Notes under the pieces: model-generated
Database searches by the model: none
The model's input: only the letters and a program-made list of their open reading frames with translations
Told to the model about the DNA's origin: nothing
In this document: one piece after another, positions 58,690 through 64,000 of the stretch
Layout: every line of letters starts with the position of its first letter
Numbering within the stretch: the stretch's first letter is position 1
DNA from: Eledone cirrhosa
Taxonomy: Eukaryota
Assembly: GCA_964016885.1 (NCBI GenBank)
Contig: OZ024741.1
Span: 340,876,001-340,940,000 of the forward strand
Length of the DNA: 64,000 nucleotides
Reading direction: 5' to 3'
Position numbers and translations under genes: made by a program

Positions 58690-60000
58690 TTGTTATACTT
58701 TGGGAGGGTCATGTTGCCAATAAGAAACACACGCACCAGTTGCTTTCACTTCAGTTTACTATATATTTATAAATTTACGAGTTTATAAAGTTATAAATTT
58801 CTGGTTGGTTGGTTGGTTCCACAACCAGATAGTTGTTTATATATAGTCATAGTCCTTTCGTCACACACTCTGTGACCTCTTCAGTGACTGGGGATTCCTT
58901 TCTTTGTTTCTGTGCCTCTCCTTTGTTCTGTCCTACGCTATTTTGTTTCTGTGTGTGTGTTGTGTGCTCAGTCTGCGCATGCGCCACATCCGGGTGTCTG
59001 TGTGTGTTTATGTTCATTTATCTATTTGTTTATTTATTTATTTATTTACATGTTACTGGTTGGTTGTTTGTTCTATGTGTGTGTGTGTTTTCACTTTGTC
59101 CTTAATTGTAAGTTGTAATGTTGCTGTTCCACTCATATTTTCTATTTAATTTTGGTTGTAATTCTTTTATGTTTATTGCCTCTGTAATTTGTCTAAACAT
59201 TGCATCTTTTCTGTGTGTAGATTCTATTTTTATTTCTATGTTCTCTAATTTACCCTTGTGTTCTATCTTAGCATGTTGGTAGAGTACAGATGATTCTTTA
59301 TTATCTGGAACGGATAAATGAACACTGGCGAGACCTTCAAGATAATAAAGAATCATCTGTACTCTACCAACATGCTAAAATAGAACATAAGGGTAAATTA
59401 GAGAACATAGAAATAAAAATAGAATCTACACACAGAAAAGACGCAATGTTTAGACAAATCACAGAGGCAATAAACATAAAAGAACTACAACCAAAATTAA
59501 ATAGAAAATATGAGTGGAACAGCAACATCACAACTTACAATTAAGGACAAAATGAAAACACACACGCACATAGAACAAACAACCAACCGGTAACATGTAA
59601 ATAAACAAATAAATAAACGAATATAAACACACACAGACACCCGGATGTGGCGCATGCGCAGACTGAGCACACAACACACACACAGAAACAAAATGGCGTA
59701 GGACAGAACAAAGGAGAGGCACAAAAACAAAGAAAAGAATTTCAAGTCACTGAAGAGGTCACAGAATATGTGACGAAAGAACTTTGACAATATATAAACA
59801 ACTACCTGGTTGTGGAACCAACCAATCAACCAGAAATTTATAAATTCCTAAATTTATAAATTTATTATAATAAATTGAAGTGAAAGCAGCTGGTGCGTGT
59901 GTTTCTTATTGGCAACATGACCATCCCAAAGTATAACAATATCGGTCTCAACATACGATTTCAGATGAAGAATTTTGCTAAACAAATTCAGAAACGAAAT
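58690..60000. mobile_element. PLE family C head-to-head insertion: GIY-YIG C-terminus, 3' UTR and HHR in both arms, tail on the right
   Basis: ERINEH..SVLYQH..H..RQITEAINI..PKLNRKYE; HHRs at 58845-58889 (-) and 59746-59788 (+); tail 59943-60000. Confidence 0.9.
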
Positions 60001-63452
<3,452 letters not shown>

Positions 63453-64000
63453 TTGTTATACTTTGGGAGGGTCATGTTGCCAATAAGAAACACACGCACC
63501 AGTTGCTTTCACTTCAGTTTACTATATATTTATAAATTTACGAGTTTATAAAGTTATAAATTTCTGGTTGGTTGGTTGGTTCCACAACCAGATAGTTGTT
63601 TATATATAGTCATAGTCCTTTCGTCACACACTCTGTGACCTCTTCAGTGACTGGGGATTCCTTTCTTTGTTTCTGTGCCTCTCCTTTGTTCTGTCCTACG
63701 CTATTTTGTTTCTGTGTGTGTGTTGTGTGCTCAGTCTGCGCATGCGCCACATCCGGGTGTCTGTGTGTGTTTATGTTCATTTATCTATTTGTTTATTTAT
63801 TTATTTATTTACATGTTACTGGTTGGTTGTTTGTTCTATGTGTGTGTGTGTTTTCACTTTGTCCTTAATTGTAAGTTGTAATGTTGCTGTTCCACTCATA
63901 TTTTCTATTTAATTTTGGTTGTAATTCTTTTATGTTTATTGCCTCTGTAATTTGTCTAAACATTGCATCTTTTCTGTGTGTAGATTCTATTTTTATTTCT
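63453..64000 (-). mobile_element. Duplicate of 58690-59237 (family C arm), cut by the window end
   Basis: Appears identical at offset 4763. Confidence 0.9.

Overview
AT-rich eukaryotic (metazoan) DNA with no recognisable host gene. The tRNA-derived SINE family and extreme (TA)n/(TATG)n/(CA)n content suggest a cephalopod such as octopus; this is inference. About a quarter of the window is degenerate (TA)n array, and there is a 200-N gap. The rest is retroelements: one intact Penelope-like element (PLE; RT + GIY-YIG) at 24.6-30.0 kb, older PLE remnants, RTE, CRE-like, R4/Dong-like and CR1-like LINE fragments, many SINEs and a non-autonomous Helitron. The main signal is about ten unrelated sequence families, most sharing one architecture. 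Two 3' ends are joined head-to-head and run into (TA)n, one arm carries a family-specific 55-135 nt tail, and a type I hammerhead ribozyme (HHR) motif lies near the end. Three observations argue against simple cDNA fold-back: an 8-nt tail/leader overlap, a copy with non-overlapping arms, and arms that differ only at synonymous sites. They favour two priming events on a tandem or circular RNA. A 415-bp non-coding HHR unit present 1.5 times looks like a retrozyme. All structures were folded by eye; no searches were run.
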